Source: Acidobacteriota bacterium
GTDB lineage: Bacteria; Acidobacteriota; UBA6911
NCBI GenBank assembly: GCA_031271905.1
Contig: JAISUT010000032.1
Span: 13,887-77,886 of the forward strand
Reading direction: 5' to 3'
Length of the DNA: 64,000 nt
The position numbers and the translations under genes are program-made. The notes under the pieces were generated by a model, which did not search any database, was not told the origin of the DNA, and saw nothing but the letters and a program-made list of their open reading frames with translations. Positions 41,112 to 51,030 of the stretch are shown here, one piece after another (within the stretch, counting starts at the first letter, position 1; each line of letters opens with the position of its first letter).

Positions 41112-42506
41112 TCACCGCATCCGCATCATGCCCCCGCCGGGGGGGCCGCCGGGGCCGGGGCCGCGCATCTGCTGCTGGTTCCCCGTGCCACCCTTGTTGA
41201 AATCGGGAAGCGACAGCTTCCGGGTTCCGTTCGGGTCGGTCAGGGCGATGACCTCGCCGTCCTCCACGCCGCCGACGATGACCGCCTCGCCGTGGGAGCT
41301 GAGCCCCGTCTCGACCACCCGCGCCTCGAACCGGTCGCCGTTCTTCACGTACACGATGTTGCCCGACTGGTTGTCCTGCGTGGTGACGGCGGCGGAAGGA
41401 ACCACGAAGCACGATTCATACTCGTGCAGGATCACGTCGCCGCGCAGGTTCATCCCCGGCCTGATCTGCTTCAGGTCGCGGCCGGCGTCCGAAATCGTCA
41501 CGTCGCAGGTGAAGTAGCGCAGGGGGGAGTTCCGCTCCAATGCGGCCGCCACCGAGGAGACCGTGCGGATGGTGCCGTGGTAGACCTTGTCCGGCACGGC
41601 GTCCAGCTTGATGTTCACCGGCATGTTCTTTTCCAGGTGGCCGCCGTCCCTCTCCAAGACGTAGATGCGCGCCTGCAAGGCGTCGAGGTTGATGATCTCG
41701 ACGATCACCTGCCCCGGGAAGGAGCTGTTTCCGACCTCCGGCTCCTCCCGGCGGTCGCGGTGGTACAGGACCAGGCCGGACACCGGCGCGCGCAACTCCA
41801 AAGAGCTCAGCGTCCTTTGATAGGTGGCGACCTCGTTCTCGGCCTTGGTCTGGTCTATCATCAGCACCTGCATCTCGGAGCGGGCCGTCCGCTTCTGCGT
41901 CTTGGCCTTGCTCTTGAGGAACTCCAGGTTCTCCTTCTGGTAATGCACGTCCGACTGCTTGGTGATGATGTCCCACTTGGAGAAGATCGTCTCGTCCTCC
42001 GGCATCACCGTCACGGCGTATTGGTAGTCTTCTTCCGCGCTCTCCAGGTCGAGCTCCATGGTCTTGTCGTTCGTCCCCTGCTGGAGCGTCTTGATCTTGA
42101 TGTTCTGCTGGTTGGACTCCAGCGTGTTCTGGCGCTTCTCCAAGTTCAGCTTGGTGTCGGTGCTGTCGAAGCGCACCACCGGGTCGCCCTCGTTCACGAA
42201 GCTCCCTTCCTGGATGAGCCAGGAGATGGTCAACTGGCCGGAAGACGTGTTGGGCGTGGCCACCGATGTCGTCTCCAGGCCGACGACCTCCCCGTCGGCG
42301 GAAACCGTGAGTGAAAACGGCTGCTTCTCCAGCTTGGTCACCGGAATCGCTTCGCTGTCGGTGGAGGCGAACACCTTGGAGATGCGGCTCGATATGCTGC
42401 CCCGGAAATAGAGCAGCAGGGCACCGGCGGCGACGAGCACCACGCAGGTCACGAGCTTCCCGACCACCTTGGACTTTTTTTGGCTTTTTTCGTCGATGTT
42501 CATCAT
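41112..42506 (-). CDS. HlyD-family membrane-fusion (periplasmic adaptor) protein, paralog 3
   Basis: N-terminal TM; long coiled coil; beta-barrel/lipoyl-like C-terminal segments; Gly/Pro-rich C-terminal tail. Confidence 0.75.
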   Translation of the reverse strand: MMNIDEKSQKKSKVVGKLVTCVVLVAAGALLLYFRGSISSRISKVFASTDSEAIPVTKLEKQPFSLTVSADGEVVGLETTSVATPNTSSGQLTISWLIQEGSFVNEGDPVVRFDSTDTKLNLEKRQNTLESNQQNIKIKTLQQGTNDKTMELDLESAEEDYQYAVTVMPEDETIFSKWDIITKQSDVHYQKENLEFLKSKAKTQKRTARSEMQVLMIDQTKAENEVATYQRTLSSLELRAPVSGLVLYHRDRREEPEVGNSSFPGQVIVEIINLDALQARIYVLERDGGHLEKNMPVNIKLDAVPDKVYHGTIRTVSSVAAALERNSPLRYFTCDVTISDAGRDLKQIRPGMNLRGDVILHEYESCFVVPSAAVTTQDNQSGNIVYVKNGDRFEARVVETGLSSHGEAVIVGGVEDGEVIALTDPNGTRKLSLPDFNKGGTGNQQQMRGPGPGGPPGGGMMRMR

Positions 42507-42526
42507 TAACCTCGCAACAACTTAGC

Positions 42527-43756
42527 TTAGGACGCCTGCGGGCGCGTCCGGATTTTCTCTCCGGCGGCAAGGCCCGATTCCACCACCGCCGTCGTGCCGT
42601 CGTTCGACTTGAGCTGCACCTCGCGCCAGTCGGCCTTCTTGGTCTTGGCGTTGTAAACCTGCACAAACGACCGGCCGTTGCGCTCTGTGATGCTGGCGAG
42701 CGGGATCACGACCGCCTTGGGGTACTGGCCGACGCGGATCTGCGCCTTCAGGCTCATGCCGGGGCGCAGCACCTTGGTGTCCATGTTGGTGAGATCGACA
42801 TATATCTCGTTGATCTTCTGCGGACGGTCGTAAGTCGCCTGCTTCAAGATGGTGCCGACGCTGGTGATCTTGCCGGTGAAGGAGCGCCCCTGCACCGCGT
42901 CCACGGTGATGTTGGCCTCCTGCCCGATTTTGACCTTGCCCGAATCGAGCTCGTCTATCTGCACCTTGGCGCGCATCGTCGAAAGGTCGGGGATCTCCAT
43001 CACCTTGTCCATGCCGAAGATGTCGCTGCCCACCTCCTTGGCTTCGTTGTTCCAGTCGCGCTTGTAGATGACCACCCCCGAAACCGGGGCGCGCACCGTG
43101 TAAGAGTCGATGGCGTCCATCAGGTCGTCCATGCGGTCGCGGGAATAGCGCTCGGAGCTGCGCGATATCTGCAAGGACAACTGGCCGCTCTCGGTGACGT
43201 ACTGGACCTTCTTCTCCATCAGCTCCACCTTGGTCTTGGCCGCGTCCCGGTCGATGCGGGTCTCCTCGACCTGGATGCCGCTGAGCAGCTCGGCCTGCTC
43301 GCTCAACTTCACTTCGAGCTTTTCAAGGTCCGACTTCGCCTGCTCCAACTGGAGCTTCAACTGCTTCAGGTTCGTGTCGGCGGAGGCGCGGTTCTGCTGG
43401 CGCTGCTCCTGGACCTTCTGGAAGTTGGCGGTCTCGTCCCTCAGGCTGTTGTTGATGTCCGTGGTGTCGAACTCCATCAGGAAGTCGCCCTCGGACACCT
43501 GCGTCCCTTCGTCCACCATGCGCATCAGCTTGAACCGGCGCTGGCGGCGCACCTGGGGCGGTCCCACATCGACGCTCTGGCTCGCTTCCAACGTCCCGGT
43601 GGCGCTGATGATGACCGGGTAATCGACCTGTTGCACCGTCAGCAGGTCCTTGTCGCTGACGTTGGCCGAAGCGTCCCGGGAGCGGTACATCCAAAAGCCC
43701 AAGCCCGCCACGACCACCAGCGCCGCGACCAAGATAAGTTTCTTTCGGGAGTTCAT
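42527..43756 (-). CDS. HlyD-family membrane-fusion protein, paralog 2
   Basis: N-terminal TM; coiled coil; HlyD-like C-terminus. Confidence 0.75.
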   Translation of the reverse strand: MNSRKKLILVAALVVVAGLGFWMYRSRDASANVSDKDLLTVQQVDYPVIISATGTLEASQSVDVGPPQVRRQRRFKLMRMVDEGTQVSEGDFLMEFDTTDINNSLRDETANFQKVQEQRQQNRASADTNLKQLKLQLEQAKSDLEKLEVKLSEQAELLSGIQVEETRIDRDAAKTKVELMEKKVQYVTESGQLSLQISRSSERYSRDRMDDLMDAIDSYTVRAPVSGVVIYKRDWNNEAKEVGSDIFGMDKVMEIPDLSTMRAKVQIDELDSGKVKIGQEANITVDAVQGRSFTGKITSVGTILKQATYDRPQKINEIYVDLTNMDTKVLRPGMSLKAQIRVGQYPKAVVIPLASITERNGRSFVQVYNAKTKKADWREVQLKSNDGTTAVVESGLAAGEKIRTRPQAS

Positions 43757-45078
43757 TTTTTGGTCACCTCAGCAAGGAATTGAACGGGGAGCAGCTTGTC
43801 GCCGACCGAAACGCCGGACTTGACCTCCACCAGCTTGTCGCCCATGGAGCCGACCTCGACGAACTGGGTGTCGGCGTCTTTGGCGCTGGTGCCCTTGACC
43901 ACATAGGACTTCCCCTTGGAATCGGTGCCGACGTACTCGCGGGGCACCGTCGTGACGCCTTTGGCCAAGACCAGCGGGATGTTGATGCGCGCCGTCATCC
44001 CCGGCTTCAACTTCGAGGAATCCACCTTGTCGAGCCGGATCACGGTCTGGAACAGCTTCTTCTCCGAAGAGAACCCGCGCCGGCTGGCCACGCTGGTGAG
44101 CGATACCACCCGACCGCCGACCTCGTATCCGGGTAGCGCGTCGAGCGTCACGGTGCAGGGCATCTCGGCCTTGATCTTGCCGTATTCTGTGTCGTACACA
44201 TAGCCGACCACCTGCATGCTCTCAAGGTCGGGGATGCTCGCCACCTCCGCGCCGGGGAAGATGGTGTCGCCCGGCTGGACCTTCCGGTTGTTCTGCCAGT
44301 TGTCGCCGTAGATGAAGATGCCGTCCTGGGGGGCGTACATCTTCAGCAGCGTCATGTCGCTGTCGATCTTCTTGAGGTTGATCTCCGCCTGCGACTTGTC
44401 GATTTCCACCAGCGCCATCTGGGAGTCGTAGCTGTCTTCGAAGTTTTTCAGCGACTCCTTCGCTTTTTCCAAGGAGAGCTTGGCCTTCAGGAGGTCCAGT
44501 TGGTATTTCTGGTAGTCGTTCGCGGAAAGGAGGCTCTTGTCGATTTTGGCGTAGAGCTGGGCTTTTTTCAGCGTCGCCTCCGCCTGGGCGACGCTGTTCA
44601 ACTGGTCGCAACGGTCCGCCTCGAGGTCGGCCTTCTGCTTGGAGATCTTCAACTTGTTTTCGTCCAGCGTCTTTTCGGCGTCCGAACGGGAGCTGAGCAG
44701 CGTGGAGTCGTCGAATTCGACGACCAGCTCGCCCGCATGCACGACCGACCCCTCGTCGGCCATGTAGGTGAGCGTGTTGTTGAAGCTGCTCTGGATCCTG
44801 GGGGCGAGGATGCTTATAGACCGCTCGGCCTTCAGCTCTCCCGTGAGCACGACGTCCTGGAGCACTTCGCCCGCCTCCACGACATATCCCTTCGGCTTGC
44901 TGGAGGAGAAAGCCTCTTCCTGGACGATGGGCGGCTCGGCGGCGTTTTTTTTGCCGCCGCCGAGTCCGGGGTTCTGCGCGGAAACGCGCGCCGTCCCGGT
45001 CAGGGCCGCGCAAAGGACGACGCCCGCCGCAACCGCGGCGGCGCGCCGGAACCCGACCTCACGCATCCATGTCGACAT
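43753..45078 (-). CDS. HlyD-family membrane-fusion protein, paralog 1
   Basis: Signal/TM anchor; coiled coil; HlyD-like C-terminus; start uncertain (45066, 45078 or 45198). Confidence 0.7.
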   Translation of the reverse strand: MSTWMREVGFRRAAAVAAGVVLCAALTGTARVSAQNPGLGGGKKNAAEPPIVQEEAFSSSKPKGYVVEAGEVLQDVVLTGELKAERSISILAPRIQSSFNNTLTYMADEGSVVHAGELVVEFDDSTLLSSRSDAEKTLDENKLKISKQKADLEADRCDQLNSVAQAEATLKKAQLYAKIDKSLLSANDYQKYQLDLLKAKLSLEKAKESLKNFEDSYDSQMALVEIDKSQAEINLKKIDSDMTLLKMYAPQDGIFIYGDNWQNNRKVQPGDTIFPGAEVASIPDLESMQVVGYVYDTEYGKIKAEMPCTVTLDALPGYEVGGRVVSLTSVASRRGFSSEKKLFQTVIRLDKVDSSKLKPGMTARINIPLVLAKGVTTVPREYVGTDSKGKSYVVKGTSAKDADTQFVEVGSMGDKLVEVKSGVSVGDKLLPVQFLAEVTKK

Positions 45079-45098
45079 GGTCATCCTGTTCATAAAGC

Positions 45099-46346
45099 TT
45101 AACCCCGATTTCGATTGTTGGAATTGCCGGCGTTGTTGAATTTCGGTTTCGGCCTGGGATCCGCCGGCATGGGCTGTTCGTTGAGCCACGCGCTCCAATC
45201 CGATTCGATCTGCGCAAAATTGTCGCCCAGCACGTCGGGCTGGACGAGATATTCGCGGGTCTCCTTCCCTTGGCGCACGTACTGGATGAGCTGCTTCATC
45301 CCGCCGGCGCCGAACTTCTGCAGGAAAAACTCGAAGAAGGTGATGGCCTGTCCGTCGAAAAGCAACCGGTCCTGCTCGGCCTTGGACAGGACGCGCGGGG
45401 GCATCCCCTCGCCGCCGGCCTTGGGCTTGGTCCGCGTCCCCTGCCCTCCGGCGCCGCCGCCGGGGAAGCCGCCGCCCGGCATCCCGCCGCCCATGCCGCC
45501 ACCGGGGAAGCCTCCGCCCATCTGCCCCATGCCGCCGCCGGGGAAGCCTCCGCCCATCTCGCCCGCTCCGCCGCCGTCGGAGCCGCCGGAGCCGCCCTGC
45601 TGGTCGGAGGAGGTGCTGACGAAAGGCCGGGACATGCCGATGACATCTTCAATGGAGAAGGCTTGGTCGAGGTTCGCGCGCAGGTACCGGATCGCCTCCG
45701 TGTCGCCGCTGGCGTAGGCGGCGATGCCGACGTCCAGCCAGTCCGGCAGGGGGCTCTTGACCACATCCGTGACGCGGCTGGAGCGGTAGCGGAAATCCGC
45801 GCCGCCCAGCATCGACTGCAGCACGGCGAAAGCGATGTCGCGCGCCATCTCGCCGGCCGCCTGCTGCTCGGCGCCCGACGCCATGTCGCGCGGCGGGTTG
45901 CTCATCCGGCGGCGCATCTCCTCCGGCATGTTGTCGCCGATGCGCGAGCGGATGCGCGCCATGGTCTCCTGCATCCGCACCTCCGGCGTGACCGAGATCA
46001 GCACCCAACTATACCCTCGCTTGAGCACCACCGGCTCGTAGAGGGAATCCTTCTGCGCCAGGTTCGAGCAGATGAAGATCGCGCCCTTGGGCAGGTCTTC
46101 GTCGAACAGCCCCTTGAGCTTGGCCACGGCTTCCGCGGCGGCCTTCTCATAGGGGGCGATCACCTGCCGGCTGGAGGCGAAGAAGTCCACGCCGGGGACG
46201 ACGTTGTGGAACGTGTTGAAGTTCTTGAAGCTGACGGCCTGGGCGTGCGCACAGTCCGCGCCTGACAGGGCGGTCAGCGCGACCAGCGGCGCGACCAGCA
46301 ACCAGCCCAAGGATAGGATCCTGCTTGTTCGTGTCATTCTCAACAT
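45099..46346 (-). CDS. Secreted hypothetical protein with an internal Gly-rich tandem repeat (GGFPGGGMG)
   Basis: Signal peptide at MLRMTRTSRILSLGWLLVAPLVALTALS; about 60-aa Gly-rich repeat encoded by ~27-bp DNA tandem repeats; first gene of the exporter cluster. Confidence 0.5.
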   Translation of the reverse strand: MLRMTRTSRILSLGWLLVAPLVALTALSGADCAHAQAVSFKNFNTFHNVVPGVDFFASSRQVIAPYEKAAAEAVAKLKGLFDEDLPKGAIFICSNLAQKDSLYEPVVLKRGYSWVLISVTPEVRMQETMARIRSRIGDNMPEEMRRRMSNPPRDMASGAEQQAAGEMARDIAFAVLQSMLGGADFRYRSSRVTDVVKSPLPDWLDVGIAAYASGDTEAIRYLRANLDQAFSIEDVIGMSRPFVSTSSDQQGGSGGSDGGGAGEMGGGFPGGGMGQMGGGFPGGGMGGGMPGGGFPGGGAGGQGTRTKPKAGGEGMPPRVLSKAEQDRLLFDGQAITFFEFFLQKFGAGGMKQLIQYVRQGKETREYLVQPDVLGDNFAQIESDWSAWLNEQPMPADPRPKPKFNNAGNSNNRNRG

Positions 46347-46627
46347 GCGCGCGCTCCGTCCCCCGATGAAAAAAACCGCCACGGCCGCCCCGCTTCCCAA
46401 CGACCGGGCGCACACGCCCATCGCCCATCGCCCATGGGCGGCCATGGGCAGGTTCCCAGTTCGTTTTACGCTGGTTAACTACGTCCCGGGTGCGCGGCTT
46501 GTTACATCTTTAAACTTTAAACAAACGCCGGCGGCGGGCGGCCCCGCGTCGCGCCATGGGGAGGCGCGCAGGCGCGGCAAGCACGCATCGGCGACCGGCG
46601 ACGCGACGCCGAAACGCGACGCCGCGA

Positions 46628-47365
46628 CTAGGGGCGACGCCTCACCACCCCCTTGGACGACAGGTGGAAGGGCGGCGCGATGACCGCGTTCACCTCTTTT
46701 TGATGCCCTTTGACGTCCCACGCCTTCTCGCAGAAGCGGTCGAGGATGCCCCCGCGGACCCGGGGGCGGCCGTCGGCGGCGAGGTAGACCTGTATCAGCT
46801 TCTCCCGCACCGCCTCGTCCCCGTTGCGGACCAGGCAATCGACGGCGGCGACGCACACGTCGTCATCGTCGTCGTCGAGGAAGCGGCGCACCGTCTCGCC
46901 CGCATGGGGGAAGGCGTCGGCGCCGAGGTTCGCGATCAACACCGTCTTGGCCTCCGGCCAGCGGGCATAGCCGACCGAGAGCGCGTCCAAGACCCCTAGG
47001 AGCGCTTCGTAGAACGCTCCCGGCGGGAGGATGCGTTTCAGCGCCTGGACGGGGAAGGTGACGTCGGGCTCCGTCCGCAGGTAGTCGAGGATCGGCTTGA
47101 CGGCGACCTCGCCCATCCCCGCGAGGAGCTTCACCGCATACTGCTTCTCTTCGAGATCCATGCTCGCCTGCGGCGTCTGGACGGTGAAGCGGCGCAACAG
47201 CGCCGCCGCCGCCGGCGGCGTCCCCCAGCCCGCCAGGCGCTCCATGGCGGCGACCCGGGTGGCCGCCTCGCCGTGCAGTTGCGTGACCTGCTTCACCGCC
47301 CGCCGTATCTGCCCCTCGGAGGGCCCTGCGTCGTCCGAGGCGAAAAGTCTGCTGAAAATCCCCAT
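46628..47365 (-). CDS. HEAT-repeat-like hypothetical protein
   Basis: Repetitive helical pattern (LLRRF...AVKPILDYL...AVDCLVRNGDEAVREKLIQ). Confidence 0.4.
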   Translation of the reverse strand: MGIFSRLFASDDAGPSEGQIRRAVKQVTQLHGEAATRVAAMERLAGWGTPPAAAALLRRFTVQTPQASMDLEEKQYAVKLLAGMGEVAVKPILDYLRTEPDVTFPVQALKRILPPGAFYEALLGVLDALSVGYARWPEAKTVLIANLGADAFPHAGETVRRFLDDDDDDVCVAAVDCLVRNGDEAVREKLIQVYLAADGRPRVRGGILDRFCEKAWDVKGHQKEVNAVIAPPFHLSSKGVVRRRP

Positions 47366-47445
47366 AATTGTTTTTTCACCTTTTTCGCGTTCCGCGCGCA
47401 GGTTTCTGATGCGGAATCGGATATTGAAGCATATAATTCACCGAC

Positions 47446-47718
47446 ATGGAAGAACGTGATCTGTTTAACGAGAAGGACGAAACCGTTCCGGCGACGATCT
47501 ACTGCCCCAAGTGCCGGACATCCCAAGAATACTCCATCCGCTGGCGTCGGCGCACAAAGAAGGCCGCGTTGCCCCGGGGCGCCGACGAGCGCGACCGCGC
47601 CCGCTACGCCAAGGCGCGCGACTACCGCATACGCCTCGACGACAAGGTGCGTTGCAAGAACCCGCGTTGCGGCAAGACCATCGAGATCTCGTCGTTGCAG
47701 ACGGTCGTGTTCGACTGA
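47446..47718 (+). CDS. Small zinc-ribbon protein (CPxC...CxxxxC)
   Basis: 90 aa; CPKC and CKNPRC pairs. Confidence 0.4.
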   Translation: MEERDLFNEKDETVPATIYCPKCRTSQEYSIRWRRRTKKAALPRGADERDRARYAKARDYRIRLDDKVRCKNPRCGKTIEISSLQTVVFD

Positions 47719-47924
47719 GGGCCGGGGCGCGCCCCCGTGGACGCCGCGCCGCGCCCCGCCCGCAAGTCTTTCAGGGGCGCCTCGAATATTTTCGTAACGC
47801 ACGTCACAAATCCGCAAAGTTATCCCTGCGCATGACCGATACGGTCTATAGCCGATAAGGTTAGTTGCAGGGGGGGTGTCCCCCTTGCGCTGGGAGACAT
47901 TCGTGAGGTCCGGCGGCGCGCGTT

Positions 47925-49124
47925 ATGAACATGGCTTCATCCGGAGGCATCGCCTCCGCCCATTCCACCGTCCCGTTTGATGCGCTGTACGGCGTCACCG
48001 CCGCGCCCCCCCGCATATTGATCGTGGGCGGCAATGCGATAGAACGCGACGTGATGTCGCGCAAGTTCACCGGGCAGGGGTACGTCTGCGAGTGCCGCGA
48101 AACGGCGCAGGCGGCGCTGGAGTTGCTTGGCGACGAGGAGTTCGACCTGGTCTTGACCGACACGGCGACGCCGGAGGGCGGCATCGGCCCCTTCCTCTCG
48201 GAGGTGCTGCGCATCCGCCCTGACGCCGCCGTCATCCTGACCACATCGACCGAGGACATCGACGAGGCCGTGGCCGCCTTGAAAGACGGCGCCTACGACT
48301 GGTGCACCCGGCCCTTCGGCCCCGGCGAGATCGCCATGAGCGTCTCACGCGCGCTCGAAAAGCGGCAGTTGCGCATGGAAAACCGCAACTACCAGCGCAC
48401 GCTGGAGGAGCAGGTCTCGAGCCGCACCAGCCAGTTGCAAGAGGCGTTGAAGGTGCTAGACCTCACCTACCACTCCACGCTGGTCGCCCTCGGGCGGGCG
48501 CTCGACAGCCGCGACAAGGACTCCGCCGGCCGCGCCCCGCGCGTGGCGGCATACGCGCGTCGCCTCGCCCAGCAACTCGGGCTCGGGCAGAGGGAGGTGC
48601 GGGAGATCGAGCAAGGGGCGCTGCTGCACGACATCGGGAAGATCGGCATCCCCGACGCGCTGCTCGGCAAGCGCGAACTGACCGAGGAGGAGGAGCGCGT
48701 CATGCGCACCCACCCGGAGATCGGCTACAACATCCTCTCCGGCATCAAATTCCTCAAAGGCACCGCGTTGCTGACCCTGCAATCGCACGAGCGGTACGAC
48801 GGGAACGGGTTCCCGCAAGGGTTGCGGGGCGAGGAGATCTCGCTGGGCGCAAGGATATTGGCCGTCGCCGACGCATTCGAGGACCTCGCGTCAGAGGCGT
48901 CCGCCGCCACCCGGAACATCTCGGACATCCTCGACCCGTTGGACATGCTGGAGACCCCGCGCGCCGTCACAGAGGCGCTCGAAGGGTTGAAACGGCTCGC
49001 CGGCGGCAAGCTGGACCCCCGCCTGGTCGGGGAATTCGTCAGGATCCACGCCGACGAGTGGGCGCAAATCAGGGAGTCGGCGTCCGCCCGCTCCCGACGC
49101 CCCCGCCCGCCCCGGCTGACGTGA
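47925..49124 (+). CDS. Response regulator with an HD-GYP c-di-GMP phosphodiesterase domain
   Basis: REC domain (LVLTDTATP...); HD-GYP motifs (ALLHDIGKIGIPD; HERYDGNGFPQG). Confidence 0.8.
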   Translation: MNMASSGGIASAHSTVPFDALYGVTAAPPRILIVGGNAIERDVMSRKFTGQGYVCECRETAQAALELLGDEEFDLVLTDTATPEGGIGPFLSEVLRIRPDAAVILTTSTEDIDEAVAALKDGAYDWCTRPFGPGEIAMSVSRALEKRQLRMENRNYQRTLEEQVSSRTSQLQEALKVLDLTYHSTLVALGRALDSRDKDSAGRAPRVAAYARRLAQQLGLGQREVREIEQGALLHDIGKIGIPDALLGKRELTEEEERVMRTHPEIGYNILSGIKFLKGTALLTLQSHERYDGNGFPQGLRGEEISLGARILAVADAFEDLASEASAATRNISDILDPLDMLETPRAVTEALEGLKRLAGGKLDPRLVGEFVRIHADEWAQIRESASARSRRPRPPRLT

Positions 49125-49209
49125 CCGCCGCGACCCGCGCCCCCGCATCCAAGGTTTTCGCAATTTGCCCCTGCATTTCCCCCTCCCTTGCGGGCATAAT
49201 AGCTTCCTT

Positions 49210-50031
49210 ATGAAAGTTCCCGTCGCGCTCACCATCGCAGGCTCCGACCCCTCGGGAGGCGCCGGCGTCCAGGCCGACCTGAAGACCTTCCACCAACGCG
49301 GCGTGTACGGCGCATCGGCGGTCACCTTGTTGACCGTGCAAAACACGCAGCGGGTCGATGCCGTCCAAGTGCTCGCCCCCGAACTCGTGGAGGCGCAGGT
49401 GCGGGCGGTGATCGAGGACATCCCCCCCGCCGCCGCCAAGACCGGCGCGCTCGGGGACGAGCGGGTGGTCCGGCTGGTCGCGGAGTTGGCGGAGGGGTTC
49501 GACTTCCCGCTGGTGGTGGATCCGGTCATGGTCTCCAAGCACGGCCGCGCCCTCCTGACGGCACCGGCGAGACGCGCGCTCGGGGAGTTGCTGCTGCCCC
49601 GGGCGCACCTGGTGACGCCGAACCTGCCGGAGGCGGAGGAGCTGGCGGGGATGCCGGTGCGCGACCTGGACGGGATGAAGGCGGCGGCGGTGGCGATCGT
49701 GGCTCGCGGCGCGCGCGCCGCGCTGGTCAAGGGCGGGCACCTGGAAGGCGGCGGTCGCCCCGTGGACGTGCTCTACTCCGAGGCGACGGGGTTGATGTGC
49801 CTGGACGCGCCGCGCATCGAGACGCGGCACACGCATGGCACCGGGTGCACCTATTCCGCCTGCATCACCGCCGAACTCGCCAAGGGCGCGCCGCTGGCGG
49901 ACGCCGTGACGCTGGCGAAGGAGTTCATCACACGGGCAGTCGAGTCCGCCCCCGGCCTGGGGCGGGGTTCCGGGCCCGTCAACCATTTCGCCGACGTGCC
50001 GGACGCCCGATCCGGCCGCCGTCGCGGATGA
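49210..50031 (+). CDS. thiD: Hydroxymethylpyrimidine/phosphomethylpyrimidine kinase
   Basis: ALTIAGSDPSGGAGVQADLKTF N-terminus; ribokinase-like fold patterns. Confidence 0.85.
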   Translation: MKVPVALTIAGSDPSGGAGVQADLKTFHQRGVYGASAVTLLTVQNTQRVDAVQVLAPELVEAQVRAVIEDIPPAAAKTGALGDERVVRLVAELAEGFDFPLVVDPVMVSKHGRALLTAPARRALGELLLPRAHLVTPNLPEAEELAGMPVRDLDGMKAAAVAIVARGARAALVKGGHLEGGGRPVDVLYSEATGLMCLDAPRIETRHTHGTGCTYSACITAELAKGAPLADAVTLAKEFITRAVESAPGLGRGSGPVNHFADVPDARSGRRRG

Positions 50032-50043
50032 CATCGTATGGGA

Positions 50044-50164
50044 AGGGAGCCTCTGAAAACCTCGCAGACAAGGCGTCGCCGCAGGTCGAAAAGCGGAGTT
50101 CGCCGAGGCGAATGAGCATTTTCGACCAAGGCGCGACGCGGCGTCCGGGGTTTTCAGAGGTTCC
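50044..50164 (-). repeat. MITE/REP-like element, long form, reverse orientation (copy J)
   Basis: gggagCCTCTGAAAACCTCGCAGACAAGGCG...GGGGTTTTCAGAGGttccc; lies between thiD and the LOG gene. Confidence 0.9.
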
Positions 50165-50181
50165 CAGAAAGGGGACGATTC

Positions 50182-50994
50182 ATGGGCCGCACTCCGAAAC
50201 CACCTGTGAAGTCTTACAACAACACCGAGTTCCTGAACGGGCCGGACGCCCGGCTCATTCGGATCCTGAGCGAATACCTGGAGCCCGCCGCGCGCTTCGA
50301 GGCGGAGCGCATCGAGGACACCATCGTGTTCTTCGGCTCGGCGCGCATCCTCCCCCTCGCCGAAAGCACGCGGTGGCTGGAGGAGACGCGCCAGGGCCAA
50401 GACGCGGACGAGGCGGCGGTCACCCGCGCCGAACGGGCGGTCCGACTCTCCCGCTACTACGAGGACGCGGTGGAGCTGGCGCGCCTGGTCACGGAGTGGT
50501 CCATGGGGCTGGGGGGCGAGAAGAAGCGGATGGTGGTCTGCTCCGGCGGAGGGCCGGGCATCATGGAGGCCGCCAACCGCGGCGCCCAAGAGGCGGGCGG
50601 GCAGTCGATAGGGCTTTCGATCAGCCTCCCGATGGAGCAGGCCACCAACGCCCACGTCCCCGGGGAGCTGGCGTTCGAGTTCCATTACTTCTTCATGCGC
50701 AAGTTCTGGTTCGTCCACCTCGCCAAGGCGGTGGTGATCTTCCCCGGCGGCTTCGGCACCTTGGACGAGGCGTTCGAGGTGATGACGCTGGTGCAGACGG
50801 GGAAGACCGGGCGTCCCGTGCCGATCTTGTTCTACGGCGAGGAGTATTGGAGGGACATCCTGCACATCGACGCGCTGGCGCGCTGGGGGATGATCTCGCC
50901 CGGCGACGTCAAGCTGCTGCATTTCTGCAACGAGCCGCAGCAGGCGTTCGAGACGCTCAAGCGCGAACTGGCGAGGACCGGCAACATTTTCTAG
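50182..50994 (+). CDS. LOG-family protein (TIGR00730 Rossmann-fold, cytokinin riboside 5'-monophosphate phosphoribohydrolase-like), long type
   Basis: PGGxGTxxE motif (FPGGFGTLDEAFE); GGGPGIMEA motif. Confidence 0.8.
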   Translation: MGRTPKPPVKSYNNTEFLNGPDARLIRILSEYLEPAARFEAERIEDTIVFFGSARILPLAESTRWLEETRQGQDADEAAVTRAERAVRLSRYYEDAVELARLVTEWSMGLGGEKKRMVVCSGGGPGIMEAANRGAQEAGGQSIGLSISLPMEQATNAHVPGELAFEFHYFFMRKFWFVHLAKAVVIFPGGFGTLDEAFEVMTLVQTGKTGRPVPILFYGEEYWRDILHIDALARWGMISPGDVKLLHFCNEPQQAFETLKRELARTGNIF

Positions 50995-51030
50995 GCGCGG
51001 GGGGCGGCGCGCCGCGCAGCCCCATGCCCT

